Part shown: one piece after another, positions 1 to 13,115 of the stretch
Position numbering within the stretch: the stretch's first letter is position 1
Layout of the letters: every line of letters starts with the position of its first letter
DNA from: Squalus acanthias
Taxonomy: Eukaryota
NCBI GenBank assembly: GCA_030390025.1
Contig: CM059432.1
Location: forward strand, 57,104,001 to 57,168,000
Reading direction: 5' to 3'
Length of the DNA stretch: 64,000 bases
Position numbers and translations under genes: made by a program
Notes under the pieces: model-generated
The model's input: only the letters and a program-made list of their open reading frames with translations
The model's database searches: none
Told to the model about the DNA's origin: nothing

Positions 1-68
1 TTGTAAATTTAAAAAGTTGAAATTCTTTTCTTACCTTTCCTTTCCGTCTCTTTTTTTCTGTGTCTGTC

Positions 69-388
69 AACAACAACTTGTATTTATATATTAGCACCTT
101 TAACATAGTAAAACATCCCAAGATGATTCACAGGAGTGTTACCAAACAAAATTTGACACCGAGCCACATCAGGAGATATTAGGGCAGGTGACCAAAAGCT
201 TGGTCAAAGAGGTAGGTTTTAAGGAGTGTCTTAAAGGAAGAAAGAGAGGTAGCGAGGCGGAGAGATTTAGGAAGGGAATTCCAGAGCTTAGGGCTTTGGC
301 AGCTGAAGGCACGGCCGCCAATGGTGGAGCGATTAAAATCAGGGATGCTCAAGAGGCCAGAATTGGAGGAAAGCAGCTATCTCGGAGG
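69..388 (-). mobile_element. L2-clade LINE 3' fragment
   Basis: Reverse complement ends ...GTGCT..ATATAAATACAAGTTGTTGTTG (L2-type tail). Same family as 10215-11025 and 60945-62380. Confidence 0.7.
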
Positions 389-1345
389 CCCTTTCTTTAT
401 TTCTCTTCCTCTATCTATCGCACTTTCAGCAATTTGCAGCGCAAAATTAATTGGAGCTGAAGGGTGAGGGGAAAAAAATCAACTCTCAGCACTCACTGCA
501 AGATAGAATCATAGAAAGTTACAGCACGGAAGGAGGCCACAGTGTCAATGCATCCTGAATCCAGCCTGACACTGGAATGAAGCTGAGTGAGGCTTTCTAA
601 GGAGGTCATCTCACTTCATTGCTCTCCGGAGCCAGTTTGCCTGATTTATATTTTACAGTGTAAAAATTCTAGGAATGCCGTTACACCACTGGAAATTCAA
701 TTGGGTGGAACTTCCACCTGCTACTTTGGCCTCCTCATGGCCCTGTCCCAAATCCCAGGATGGAGTTGTTAACATAATAGGGATGATGCCAGTAGTGGCA
801 CAACAGAGCCACCATACCCATTGCAGGAAGTGGAATCTTAGTCATACCATGCTACTCTGAGAGGGGGAGGCACTGGCCAGTCGGTCTGAAGACTTAAAGA
901 GCTGTAAAATAGCGGAAGGGGTCTCCCACGGTGGTAGGTCTACATCCTGGACTGTGTGGTCTTCAAAAACAACAACTTATATTTATATAGAGCCTTTAAC
1001 GTAATAAAACATCCCAAGGTGCTTAACCTTCTTTGGTTCTGTTTGAAGAGGGGCAACTTGAAACATATTAGTACTTTCAGCAGATTAGGGTTATCAAGCG
1101 TATCTCGTGGGATTTTTGCCTGCTAGACATGCCCCCAAATTTCTGCCAGGACATGGGGGATGGACAGAAAGTGTCTGCCCTTCTCTCGTGTGCAGAATTT
1201 CCTATTTACCTGTAAATCGAGAAGAAACCTGGCGGATCCAGGTTCTGCCCAAATTCCGGTGCCTAAGTCTAGACTACCCCAGTATCTTTTTTGACACACT
1301 TTAGCCTTTAGCCACTAAATGAGATGATTACAGATTTTTTTTTAT

Positions 1346-2365
1346 GGGCCTGAATTTAGGACTGAGATGAGGAGAATTTTCTTCAGTCAGACGGTGGTGA
1401 ATCTTTGGAATTCTCTACCCCAGAGGATTGTGGAGGCTCAGTCGTTGAGTATATCCAAGACAGAGATCGATAGATTTTTGAATATTAAGGGAATCAAGGG
1501 ATATGGGGATAGTGCAGGAAAGTGGAGATGAGGTAGAAGATCAGCCTTGATCTTATTGAATGGTGGAGCAGGCCCAAAGGGCCAAATGGCCTACTCCTGC
1601 TCCTATTTCTTATGTTTCTTATGTTCTTATGAATTGCGATCGGAGGCTTCCCGTGGGCAGATATCTCCGATCATCAAAACATCTACGCATTTACTTGGTG
1701 GTCCAGGGGATATGGAGGCTTGCGATCCTGGGCCTCTCCTGGTAGAAATGCATAGAGGCCCACTTATCCCAGGCGCGCATGTGATTCGTAAGCGCCCCTG
1801 GGATCACGTAGGCCAGCCCAACCAATGAAAGAAGGGAATCCCCATACATACTTATGGGAGTTCTGTACGTACGGAACTGTCATAAGTATAAATGGGGATA
1901 ACTTAAAAAATACACGAACACATGAAATAAATAAATAAAAAACATTACATATATAAAATTAATTAAAATGGCATTTAATTAAATATTTTAAACAAAAATT
2001 TAATTTTTTGAAAAAAAAATTCATATGTTTTAACAGGGCTAAATATAAACTTGCCTTATTGGATAGGGGTTTTAATGTATAAGTGAGTGATAACATTTTA
2101 TTTTTCTATTTTTTAAAACCTGCTTTTACCAGGCGTAAGAATTCCACAGCCTTTCTGCGGGCGGAAGTTGGGCAAATAGCGCAACTCTCTACCCGCAGAG
2201 GCCCTTTTCCTGGGATGCAGAGGATCTGTCAAGAAGATTCTTGACAGATCGTAAATGCCGGGTTTTAGCGCATGCACTTTGCATGCCTAAACCCGGCACT
2301 TGGGCGGCCCCTATGGGTGTGGGTGTACCTCATACGCACCCGTAGGGGTCGCAAAATACGGTCCT
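1346..2365. mobile_element. Harbinger-like MITE (family A), left terminus split by a CR1 insertion
   Basis: 1631-2365 aligns by eye with the reverse complement of 46673-47337 (e.g. GATCGGAGGCTTCC, CCCTGGGATCACGT, AACCAATGAAAGAAGGGAATC). Ends are GGGCCTGAATT|GCGATC and GTCGCAAAATACGGTCC. Confidence 0.7.
1357..1630 (+). mobile_element. CR1 LINE 3' fragment
   Basis: Encodes RTEMRRIFFSQTVVNLWNSLP. 3'UTR ends in (TTCTTATG)-like tail; flanked by TGAATT duplication. Confidence 0.9.
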
Positions 2366-4518
2366 ACATAATTATTTTCCTCCTCTAATTTATTTTCTCT
2401 CTTTTCCTTCTCTTTTCTCTTGATTTCATTTTAACTAATTATTTGAACATGGATGAATATAGGACAGTTGATTCTAGTCACACCATTATTCTTTTTCTGT
2501 AGTGTCTGCTAATATTCCACAAGATGTTGAAAATAGATTGGGTTCAGTAGCCTTCTGAATGATCCGTTACTTTTAAAGAGTATCTGGGAATATTTCAGAA
2601 ATCGGCATCTTGCACTCAAAAGAAAAGAACAGCAAGATAGTATTTCAAGTTATCAAATATTTTATCTTCTTACTTAGAAAAAACAGTATATACTGCAGTC
2701 TCTGATCTTCCTTACTATCACGTGCACCTCTGGCATCACATGCGAGAAGCTAACACTAAATAAGTGGTACAGCAATATATTTTGGTAAACAGAATAATGT
2801 ACCCCTACATGGTTCTACATACATCAGGGATGCCCCAAGCCTTGTAAAAATGAGTAGCTGAGATATTACTGAATTAATAGATTTTGATTTGAAATAATGA
2901 TTAAATAGATCCCAATAACCTATTACATAAAAAAGAAATATACCACTGTTCACATTGCAGTATATGATACTGTGAAGGTGTGTATATATTTATGCACTGT
3001 ATGTACCATGCCACTGTACATAAATAACCAATATGTTTCAACTTTTTATTTGAACAATTTGGTTTTCTAACAAACACAACTGTTACCAAACTAAACTTAA
3101 AGGGCCATTGTTTTCATGATCATGTTTACCAAACTATATTTTTGTTTGAACATGGAGAAGAGCCAGACAAGGCATAGGTCATTTTTATCACAGTAATATA
3201 TGCAAGTGGTTAGACAATGCATTTTGACATGATTTATTTCAACGCATCGTGTGATTGCAACAAATGGAAAGGCAGGATTGCAAACCATCTTTCCATGAAG
3301 ACACTGCCTGCTTAAATATTTAATAGCTGTAAAATCATAAACGGTTATGTGCATTTTTGACGTTTGAAGTGAAGCATGTGTACAGAGTAGGCTATTTTTA
3401 GCATGTTCTTGTGACAGAATCAATACCAGCCTGTGCAAAATCCCTGAAGACCAGGCGCTGCAGAACTAGAAGACTGTTATAAGTAATAAATGCCATGGGC
3501 ACGCAATCACTAAACAGCAAAGAGTTCACCATACAGATGAAACCGAATAAAAATACATTTAAAAAAATGTAAGTCCAAAATTAAGTTGCATTTTTTTTTG
3601 TAACCAAGTAAAAGGTACTAAATTTGTAAAATTAAAAAATCTGTTTTTCAATTTGTACTGTGCTGCTGCTATAGATACCTCAGGAAGAAAAGTGATTTGA
3701 TTTGTACGAGACATTCATATTGCTTTGTTATACTGGTAGGAGCCCTGTGCTGGAGAGTTCATGGTCTGATTTTTTTTTTACTATTTATAGCTTGGTTATT
3801 TGGTGTGGATTATTTTAACTGGAATCTTTGTTTTATTTTGTGTGCGCGCTTTGATGATATGCCTGGATAACAACCCTTGCCTGTGTCTGTTTCAGCTCTA
3901 TCTATATTTCACTCCTGTATGGCTGACAAAGAAACCTATATATCTACATCATAATTACCTTAAACATCGCCACAACAATATTGAGTAGTTGCTAATCAGA
4001 TCATGACCCGTTCAGAGACAAAATTTGGGTGATGCGGTGAAGAGATATTGGATTACTGCTCTTCACTCTGGTGGAGAAATCTTTGACTCATGTTACACAG
4101 ACCCACTTAAAGAAACCAAATTCATTGCATTTGCTTGGAGATTACAAACACAAGGGTGCATTTTAGTGTAACCAGCTTGTTAAAGAACTGCTTTAAATTC
4201 AGGAAGGAAGTTGCCAGAAAGGTTAACTCTTTCCTCAGCACTAATATGCCAAGATATTAAGATTAAAAAATTTGTACCATCTCACAAACTGTGATAGTTG
4301 TTAAAGTTGGGATCAATTTTGCAACCATGTGAATATGAAACTGCCATAGTTAAAGTGCACACTTTTAAAATATAAGCTTGAAGTCATCTGATCACTTCTC
4401 CCCTGCTCTTTACTGTTTATCCTGCACTATCTACTGTAGTGGTATCCTGTACTATCCACCTTGGGCCTGCACCATCAACCATGACCATTTACCCAGATTT
4501 CTCAATGTTAAAAAGATG

Positions 4519-5116
4519 GGTGTAGAGTTTCTGCTTTGGGCACAATCAGTGATCCGGGCACAAATTGCGCTAGTTTTGAGAAGTGTTTTTTTCCTCAAGT
4601 TTCTGCTCAAACTCATTTGCATATTGCCAGACATAACATCTGCCATGAACCAGCACAATCAGGCAGCATTTTAGATCGTAATTTAAAAAAAATATTGCTT
4701 TAGGAAATATTCCTTGATCTATTGAAGAGTGGTAACTTGGTGCAGTTTGATTAATACAGCTGAAAATGTGTTTATCACAAAAAATAAGCATTTTTATGAG
4801 TGTCTAGTCCACCACCTGTAAATTAAAAGAAATTATATTCAAAATTTTTAAAACGTGCTTGCGCCCAAAAGAACCAGCTTAATTTTAAGAGCCTCCTAGA
4901 AGGCCTGCAAACGAGAGCAATTAGCGGCAACTCGCAATGGTGATTAATTTGATCTGGGGCAGGGCCAGCTTCTAGCACAATGGTTTTTTTAGCGCAAAAG
5001 GTCGCGGAAACTCAATTTGTCCTGGACGTAATTTGCGCTTAAAATTCCGTAATATTCTGCGGTGGTTAACTGCTTTCGAGTGATAAATCAGCGCAACCTA
5101 GCGGAAACTCCAGGCC
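4519..5116. mobile_element. Harbinger-like MITE (family B)
   Basis: Imperfect TIRs GGTGTAGAGTTTCTGC / GCGGAAACTCCAGGCC. Internally similar to 48347-50577 (opposite orientation) and 54712-55212. Confidence 0.7.
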
Positions 5117-7049
5117 AAGTTATTTGGCTTTAATCTGCCTGCATTTGACAGCATTTTATGAGAAAATTAGGTATGTATATGAGCAACATATCAGTAAATT
5201 TCCCTGCAGAAATCAGAAGAAAATGAGTTGATTGGCCATTTGTTCTCTAGATGTTTTCAGAATCTTCTCCAGTAAAGTAAAACACTGAAGACTGAAATGT
5301 TAGTAAGAAGGGGTAGCACTCTTCTTCAACTGATCCTTTTCTTTACTGTAATTATTTTTCTTTGTGTGTACTTGGTACAGAAAGAATTATTTTTCCACCT
5401 TTCTATCTGAAGCCTGCAGCTGCAATTCACTAATTTAATTAGACCCTACATAGCTCACAGCAGTGCTGGCGTTCCCTGGAAATGTCTCTAACAAGCAGAC
5501 CGCAATCCCAGCCCAGCTGCAAGCACATTTCATGCAGAGCCAGTAAGACCATCTGATGCTCCAAAAAAAAATCTTGCCTCTGAGCAGCTTTAGTCCAGGC
5601 CTGACTATTTGTGTGATGTAGGAATTGTAAACTAGTGAAGCCAAATTGATTTAAAATCTTTTCCAGAAAGATTCTCTCTGCAGTTAATATAAAATATCGA
5701 GGTAAAAATAATTGGCAGGTTTCCAAGCCACTTCACAACTGCTCACTGCCTTCTAGTAGATGCATTGAAATACATTTGGGAAAAGGTTGCGGTGGTGTCT
5801 GCTAAATGGTGGATAGAATATTTACATTAATTTGTATGATGTATGTAAAATGATCTTTCTAGGTGTTTTGATCAATAACCATTACACTCCTGTTGATTAA
5901 TTGATCTGTAAGGCACCATTATACCTTGTTTCAAATGCACTGTATCAGAAACTGCCAGATATTGAAAAAATTATGCTAATCCAACAGTATATAAAAACAT
6001 TTTTTAAACTGTATCAACTTTGCAATGCTAAGCATTAGCCAGCTAAAGACTGACAATGAGATCAGCTATAAACCTGAAAAACCAAGGGCTAAGGAGGGTG
6101 TTCAAATCTGTGAAATTTATACACCACAGAGCCACACCTTTTGTACCCAGCAGAATGGCTGCACAGTGGGCTCCCTGGAATTCTCGAGTGCTGCTCTTGA
6201 ACTGGGTACCAGTAGCAGTAACAAATATGGCTGACTTTACTTATTTTCTAATCCTCTTGTGGGAAGAAGCTTGGCCTCCCCCATAGTGCCTTCCTCACAG
6301 CAACAAGCTAAGGTCAGGAACTTAGCATAGTGTGGAGGGGGTTTAAATCTGCATCCTACCACTCCTTGAGACCATGTGCTGCTGCTCCATTGAGCTGTAC
6401 CGTATGTTTTTATCTAACCAACTGAAAATTATTATTCATCTTTCACTCCAACATAGATATTTTGTGGTTGGATGAGTAGAGGGAGAGTTTTATAGGGGGC
6501 TAACAGACTGAAGACTTTTTACAAGATGATGTACAGATAAAGAGGGAGAATAGCAAAAGGTATTAGACCATCACTAGTAGAAAGGATGGCCTCACTGCTG
6601 CACAACATTGCATAATCTAGGCTTGATGCTCTATCAGTAAACAAGAATGTGAAACTATACCTAATGGTCATAGACCTCTACAAAGCTGAAGAGCTGATAC
6701 CAAAGTACTGGTGCAAGTACTTAACTATGAGCATGTGCTTAGGGTCATTCAACTGTTTTCAGTTCATTGCATTTACAGTAATGCCAAACCCACTGTCTCA
6801 TAAATCAAGAGACAAACTCTTAAAAATCAAGAGATTTGGTATAAAAATCATGAGTTGCTATTTTTTTTCAAACATAATCCAATATAGATTGACAGTTGGT
6901 TTATAAACTTTATTAGTGGCTTATTTAATCTCTAACAGGTCACAGATTTTTGCAAAAACTATATTACTGCATCTGAAAATGCTTTACAAAAAACTTTTTA
7001 AAAATCCTACATGTTATCACCACGTTGCTGTGCATCTTAGTTTAAGGTT

Positions 7050-7525
7050 ACAGTGACAGTGATTGGGATGATTCAGAATGGTGGTTGGCAAGAGCTTTTA
7101 TTATTGCAGTGGCTTTTGTTCTCCCACAGGAAAATTCTTTTGCAATGTTTGAATCGGGAAACATCAGCTTTACGAGTTTTGTGAAATGATCTGCAAATGC
7201 AATCGGTAATCGATGTTCTGCAATGGCTTAGCAAAAAAGTACTTCTGCATTTGTAACCTTATGACCTAAAGTCTGCTGAGATGGGCTAAAAAAGTCTGTT
7301 ATCGACTGTTGCATTTTCGAGGCTGCAGCCCGACTTACTTGTTTGTAAGTTCATAGGTGCTTTTTGAGCAGAATTCCCAATGCTGATGTCCTCAGAACAA
7401 ACAACACAAAATGCATGTTCACCTGAAAGGCTACTGTTTTTTTACTGGGTAGTAACTGCTACAGTCAGCATTGTATTTGCACCTGTAGCGGTGCTGCTTG
7501 CTTGGATGTCCCTTTTCCGATATGA
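7050..7525 (-). pseudogene. hAT transposase N-terminal relic
   Basis: Manual translation across frameshifts/stop: ...RYRCKYNAD.../...GEHAFCVVCSEDISIG.../...KVTNAEVLFC*AIAEHRLPIAFADHFTKLVKLMFPDSNIAKEFSCGRTKATAIIKALA. The zinc-finger-like CxxC and FPDSxIAKxFxCGRTK motif are typical of hAT transposases. Confidence 0.8.
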
Positions 7526-7640
7526 CTAAAAGATGGAAACAGTACTCTACAATGAAATATTAATTAGCCTTTCCGCTTTCGGCCTCGCCGTCTTCAGCCA
7601 CTCCGCTCCGTTCGTGGCCTCGCTTCACCTCGCTCTTTTC

Positions 7641-8769
7641 ATAAGAACAAAACAAATAGGAGCAGGAGTAGGCCATTCAGCCCTTCTAGCCTGCTCCGCC
7701 ATTCAGTAAGATCATGGCTGATCTTCGACCTCATCTCCACCTTCCCGCCCTATCCCCATATCCCTTGATTCCCTTAATATCCAAAAATCTATCGATCTCT
7801 GTCTTGAAAACACTCAACGACTGAGCCTCCACAGCCTCTGGGGTAGAGAATTCCAAAGATTCACCACCTTCTGAGTGAAGAAATTTCTCCTCATCTCAGT
7901 CCTAAATGGCCGACCCCTTGTTCTGAGACTGTGACCCCTGGTTCTAGACTCCCCAGCCAGGGGAAACATCCTCCCTGCATCAACCCTGTCAAGCCCTATA
8001 AGAATTTTGTATGTTTCAATGAGATCACCTCTCATTCTTCTAAACTCCAGAGAATATAGGCCTAGTCTACTCAATCTGTCCTCATAGGACAATCCCCTCA
8101 TCCCAGGAACCAGTCTGGTAAACCTTTGTTGCACTCCCTCTATTGCAAGTATATCCTTCCTTAGGTAAGGAGACCAAAACTGTACACAATACTCCAGGTG
8201 GTCTCACCAGGGCCCTGTATAATTGCAGTAAGACGTCTTTACTCTTATACTCAAATCCTCTTGTAATAAAGGCCAACATACCATTTGCTTTCCTAATTGC
8301 TTGCTGTACCTGCATGCTAACTTTCAGTGATTCGTGTACAAGGACACCCAGGTCCCTCTGAACACCAACATTTCCCAATCTCTCACCATTTAAAAAATAC
8401 TCTGCTTTTCTATTTTTCCTACCAAAGTGGATAACTTCACATTTCTCCACATTATATTCCATTTGCCATGTTCTTGCCCACTCACTTAGCCTGTCTATAT
8501 CCCCTTGAAGCCTCTTTGCATCCTCCTCACAACTTGCATTCCCACCTAGCTTTGTATCATCAGCAAACTTGGATTTATTACCTTTGGTCCCCTCATCCAA
8601 ATCATTGATATAGATTGTGAATAGCTGAGGCCCAAGCACTGATCCTTGCGGTATCCCACTAGTTATAGCCTGCCAACCTGAAAATGACCCGTTTATCCCC
8701 ACTCTCTGTTTTCTGTCTGTTAACCAATCCTCAGTCCATACTAGTATATTACCCCCAATCCCATGAGCC
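7641..8769 (-). mobile_element. CR1 LINE, 5'-truncated (RT C-terminal half + 3'UTR)
   Basis: ORFs 8082-8771 and 7814-8134 (PQGSVLGP, FADDTKL, frameshifted). Tail at 7641. Confidence 0.95.
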
Positions 8770-9150
8770 ACTCTCTGCCTCGCCTCGGCTTCGCATCGCC
8801 CTCTTCAGCCGCTCTCGGCCTCGCCTCGCCTCACTCTTTCCAGCCACTCTCGGCCCCGCCTCGCCCTCTTCAGCCGCTCTCAGCCCCGCCTCGCCTCGCT
8901 CTCTTCAGCCACTCTCAACCTCGCCTCGCTCTTTTCAGCCACTCTCGGCCTCGCCTCGCTCTCTTCAGCCGCTCTCAGCCCCGCCTCACCTCACTCTCTT
9001 CAGCCACTCTCAACCTCGCCTCGCTCTTTTCAGCCACTCTTGGCCTCGCCTCGCCCTCTTCAGCCGCTCTCGGCCTCACCTCGCCTCGCTCTCTTCAGCC
9101 GCTCTCGGCCTCACCTCGCCCTCTTCAGCCGCTCTCGGCCTCGCCTCGCC
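8766..9150. repeat. GC-rich minisatellite, ~25/30-bp units (CCTCGCCTCGCTCTCTTCAGCCRCTCTCGG)
   Basis: About 13 degenerate units. The same motif is at 7570-7640 on the other side of the CR1. Confidence 0.9.
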
Positions 9151-10214
9151 AGTCACTATTGGCGGAAACAGCTGCCTCTTTCTACGATGAAACCTAATCC
9201 ACATGTCCCAGCAGCAGCCAATCCCAGGGGGCCGTCGCCCTGACATATGAATGCCACACTCGGATTGGTCTAGAAGATCTGAGGTGTGACAAAGATTGGC
9301 GTTTCTGCAGGCCAACCACACCAGTAGAAAAAAAAAATCATGAAATTTGAGCGTTCTATCGCAAGATCATGAGTGAGGCTTATTTTTCATAGAAATCACG
9401 TCTCCCGCAATAAATTCGCGAGAGTTGGCATGTCTGGAGTCATTTTGGGCGAAACATAACTTCAGACAAAAATAATCACTTGTCTTTGTCGAAGGAGAAT
9501 ATCTAAAATAGTTATGTCATTTCCGTACTAATATTACTTGCACATGACATAGTGAAGTAGCTTTTTAAAAAATTTGAATGGAATGAAAACCAGACGGGTT
9601 CTATAAAAGACACGTCACACAGATTACCACCCAGGCAGTGAAGATGAAAATTTACCCCACTGATGTGATTTACATCCTTCTGTATGTTTACAAACTAAAG
9701 ACGGATGGTCCAGGCAAACGTCCACTTACAAGTTAGCTATTCCCAAGAAAACTAGCCTATCTGTTACGGGCTATTTGGAATGATGGTACCATTTTGGTAT
9801 CTCTTGGAGAGAGAGCAAGCCAGCCCCTTTAAGAATGAGGGGATGGGGGTTTGGCCCACCGAGCAGTCAATCATCAAGGGCTTAAAAATAGACTGATCCT
9901 TAGACCTGTGGGCAAACACATGTCTTTCATTGTTAATTCAGCCAGAATGGCCAGCTGTCAACATCGAATGGATACAGTCTTTGTTAACTGCGAAGTTTAC
10001 CACTGGCTGACATCTCTCCTGGGGCTTTTCCATTGTTTGAAAGCTACAGAATCATGCATAATCAAGCAGTTTCATTGTCTGCAGTTCCAGTGTTCCCCAG
10101 GAATCTTTGTCACCCCATGAAATGCTTGCGGTAGTACACACCGACCTCTCCTTTGCTAATTAACATTCTAAATTATTCTGGTAACAAGTCTGGATTCCAT
10201 TTCTGGTGGCTTAA

Positions 10215-11025
10215 GTATTGAATCTCAGGTTGAACCAGACTATTTGCAACCTCGGCATCCTAATCAACCTCATGCTGAGCTTCTGGCCCCATACCCTCGC
10301 TATCGCAAAGACCGCAAACTTCCACCTTTGTAACATCACCTGCCTCAGCCCATCTGCTGTTGAAAATCTCATCCATGCCTTTGTCACCTCCAGACTCAAC
10401 TATTCCAATGTTCCACTGCCCAGCATCCCATCCTCTACCCAATGTAAACTTCAGCTCATCCAAAACGCTGCTATCACATTTTATCCTGCACCAAGTCACG
10501 CTAACACGTCACCGCTGTCCTCGCTAACTTGCATTGTCTTCTGGTTCCCCAACGCCTCCAATTTAAAATTCTCATCTTTATGTTTAAATCGCTTCATGGT
10601 GTTGTTCCTCCATGTCTCTGTAACCCTATAACCCCATCAGAACTCTCAATTCCTTTAACTCTCGTCTTTTATGCATCTCCCCCATTCCCCCCACCCCACC
10701 CCTCTCCTCACCATTGCCAGCTCGCCTTCAGCCCTCTAGCTCCATTGCCTTGGAATTCCCTGCCTGAATACCTCGCCTCTCCATCTTACTTTCCAATTTT
10801 TGTCTTACTATCTTCCTGTGAAGCGCCTTGTAAAGGCATTGTATAAATGCAAGATGTTGTTGTGTTTGGCCATCTTTAACACCCACCTGTTTGGCCAAGG
10901 TTTTGCTCACCCCTCCTGATATCTCTTTCTTTGGTTCAGTATCCATTTTCATCTGATTACGCCTCTGTAAAGCACCTAGAGATGTCTTTCTATATTAAAG
11001 ATGCTATATAAATGCAAATTGTCAT
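10215..11025 (+). mobile_element. L2 LINE 3' fragment
   Basis: ORF 10218-10631 has LIHAFVTSRLNYSN...KLQLIQNAA; ORF 10529 has QFKILIFMFKSLHG...WNSLP. Tail-like TATAAATGCAA occurs twice (~10845 and ~11010). Confidence 0.85.
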
Positions 11026-13115
11026 TGAATCAAAAATGCCTCATTTAACATCACAAGAAATATTATAAATTAAACAAAATTCAATTCTGGCAATATAGGT
11101 AAAAATACAAAATGCCAAGTAATTTTTCAAGAACAAAGATCCTCTTTACTGTGTGGGGCCATTAAATGGGGTTAAACCTGATCTTGCAAATTTGGATACC
11201 GACAAGATTTTAAGTTCTTCAGTAGTTGCATATGAGGATTTCTCATATTGGCCATCTATACAATACTGTCCATCTCACAAATGTGGCCCAGAGGTGTGTA
11301 TGAATATCTGGCCTGGAAATGGATTGAGGGTCATATGGATAAGTGCAGATAGCAATGATCAAATGTATGGAACTTAATGCTTCCTGAGATGTTGCAACTA
11401 TGGAAATGCGGGCCAGACAAGGCAATCGGTCGAAAATGAATGATGTAGGGTGTAGTTAGATAAGTATCAATTTACTTTGGGACGCATGGAAAAATTTTGT
11501 CCGAACCTATCATCAGCAGAATAAATAGGTTGGCTGGAGCCCATTTATGGAAAATGAGTTTAATAACTGAATAATCTTTTAACATTACATGCTTTCTTGT
11601 ATGAAGATTTATCTCCGGAAATAGACAAAATGCATCTTCATTGGGTGGGGGTGGGGGGCAGATTCTAAACTGAATTTTTAGGTAATGGACAGGACACTTT
11701 ATAATCCAAATGGAAATGTTACAGTGAAAAGCAGAGGCCCTTAACTTGAAAGTCGTGAAAAGTGTCCCTTCTCCTGTTTCTGTGTCTTGTTTGAAATCTC
11801 CTCCTGCTGAAAAGCCTATTGAAATTCCTGACAAAAGGAACTTAGTCTGAAAATTCCACTGTCTGAATGTGTAATGAAATTGAGGTAAACTCTCTTATTC
11901 ACAGCGACCAGCCTGGTGACGGCTCTTCGGGTATGTCATTATTCCTCCGGTAGCTTTAGTAGGAAAACAATGGGGCACCATTAAACAAACCGTAAATGCA
12001 GTCAGTCATGCAGAACTCCATGGCATGTGTAAAAGAAAATATATTTCTTTAATTTCTGTAGAAACGTGTGTAAAGTTGGATAATTAATTTTCTTCTTCAG
12101 TTGACAATCTTCACATATAAATCGGATATTCCACCCATCTGTTTTTGGTTGGGGGGTTGGTAGGACAAACATCTCAGAATACTGTCTTGGGCCTCTCTTC
12201 TACCCAGCTGAAGATCAAACCTTGTTTTGGAACATATTCTCAACAATGACCGCAGACTTCGCTATGGTTATCACATGAGAAGTGCTTTGTTCCAGCTTTT
12301 CTTTGTTTTTTTTTAAAAGTTAAAAATGTAGGAGACTTCTAAAAGTTATTTTCTCCTGTAGGTTTGTGCAAACTTTTGCAGGTTTTGCCCTACTCAGTTT
12401 ATGTTACTTTAGGGTCAGTCACCCATGTTTTGGCATCTGTTCTGTGTCAGGCCGACTTTTTGTCTTGTATATTGTGTGTCTTTCCCTGTAAAGAATGCTT
12501 GCTATCTTGTTTATCTTGCCTTCTGGTGTTGCACAACTTCCCATTAATGTCATAGATACAAATGCACATTCTGTATTTTCATCTGAAAAAGTCCAAGGAA
12601 GTAGATTAAGGAGGTTTCTTAAATCACTGAAGTTATGCCTTGCTCTACAAACTGTATATTATACATGGAGGCCATCAAAAATGTACAAAGGATTTGTATG
12701 TCAGTTGTTACCATTTTATTAATTAACGATTCTGAAAAGCTATGTAATGAGTTTTACAAACATACTTTATGTGTAAGATTCAATTCAAGCACAGTTGTTA
12801 ATCGTGGCACTTTTGAGGCCTGGGACCCTATTTTACTCTACTATAAATCTTCCCTTGAATTTAAATGAAATGCACAGCTGGTAATTTTGTATTTTTTAAT
12901 TAAGGCTTCAGATGGGTCCATCAGTTGCAAACAGCCAAGAATTGTTCTGATCAGTTCGATTTTCCTTAATTCTTTGGTGATTTGTGCACTGTGTGCTAAA
13001 GCATCAGTCTCCCACCTCCTCTAACCTTTAGGGGTAGAGGGAATTTAAAAGGTAGGTTCGATTTATATTTTGTTTTCAGGGACTTAACTTAATAAAGTAA
13101 TATAAGGGTTAAGTC

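Larger units (their letters stand above)
6776..9436 (-). mobile_element. Degenerate, internally deleted hAT-superfamily DNA transposon
   Basis: Putative TIRs CAGTAATGCCAA (6776) and TTGGCATGTCTG (ends 9436; reverse complement CAGACATGCCAA). Subterminal ATCAWGAG-like repeats at both ends and a transposase relic inside. No clean 8-bp TSD seen. Confidence 0.6.

Noticed and set aside
580..965. Possible very old Harbinger transposase relic (RLSKEVI..., ..ILDCVVFKN)
   Set aside because: Only two short motif resemblances; cannot be supported without an alignment.
7570..9150. CRISPR-like array
   Set aside because: Head-to-tail degenerate units without unique spacers, no cas genes, eukaryotic context.
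8684..9321. Long Ser/Pro/Arg/Leu-rich ORFs on several frames
   Set aside because: Artefacts of a stop-free GC-rich minisatellite.
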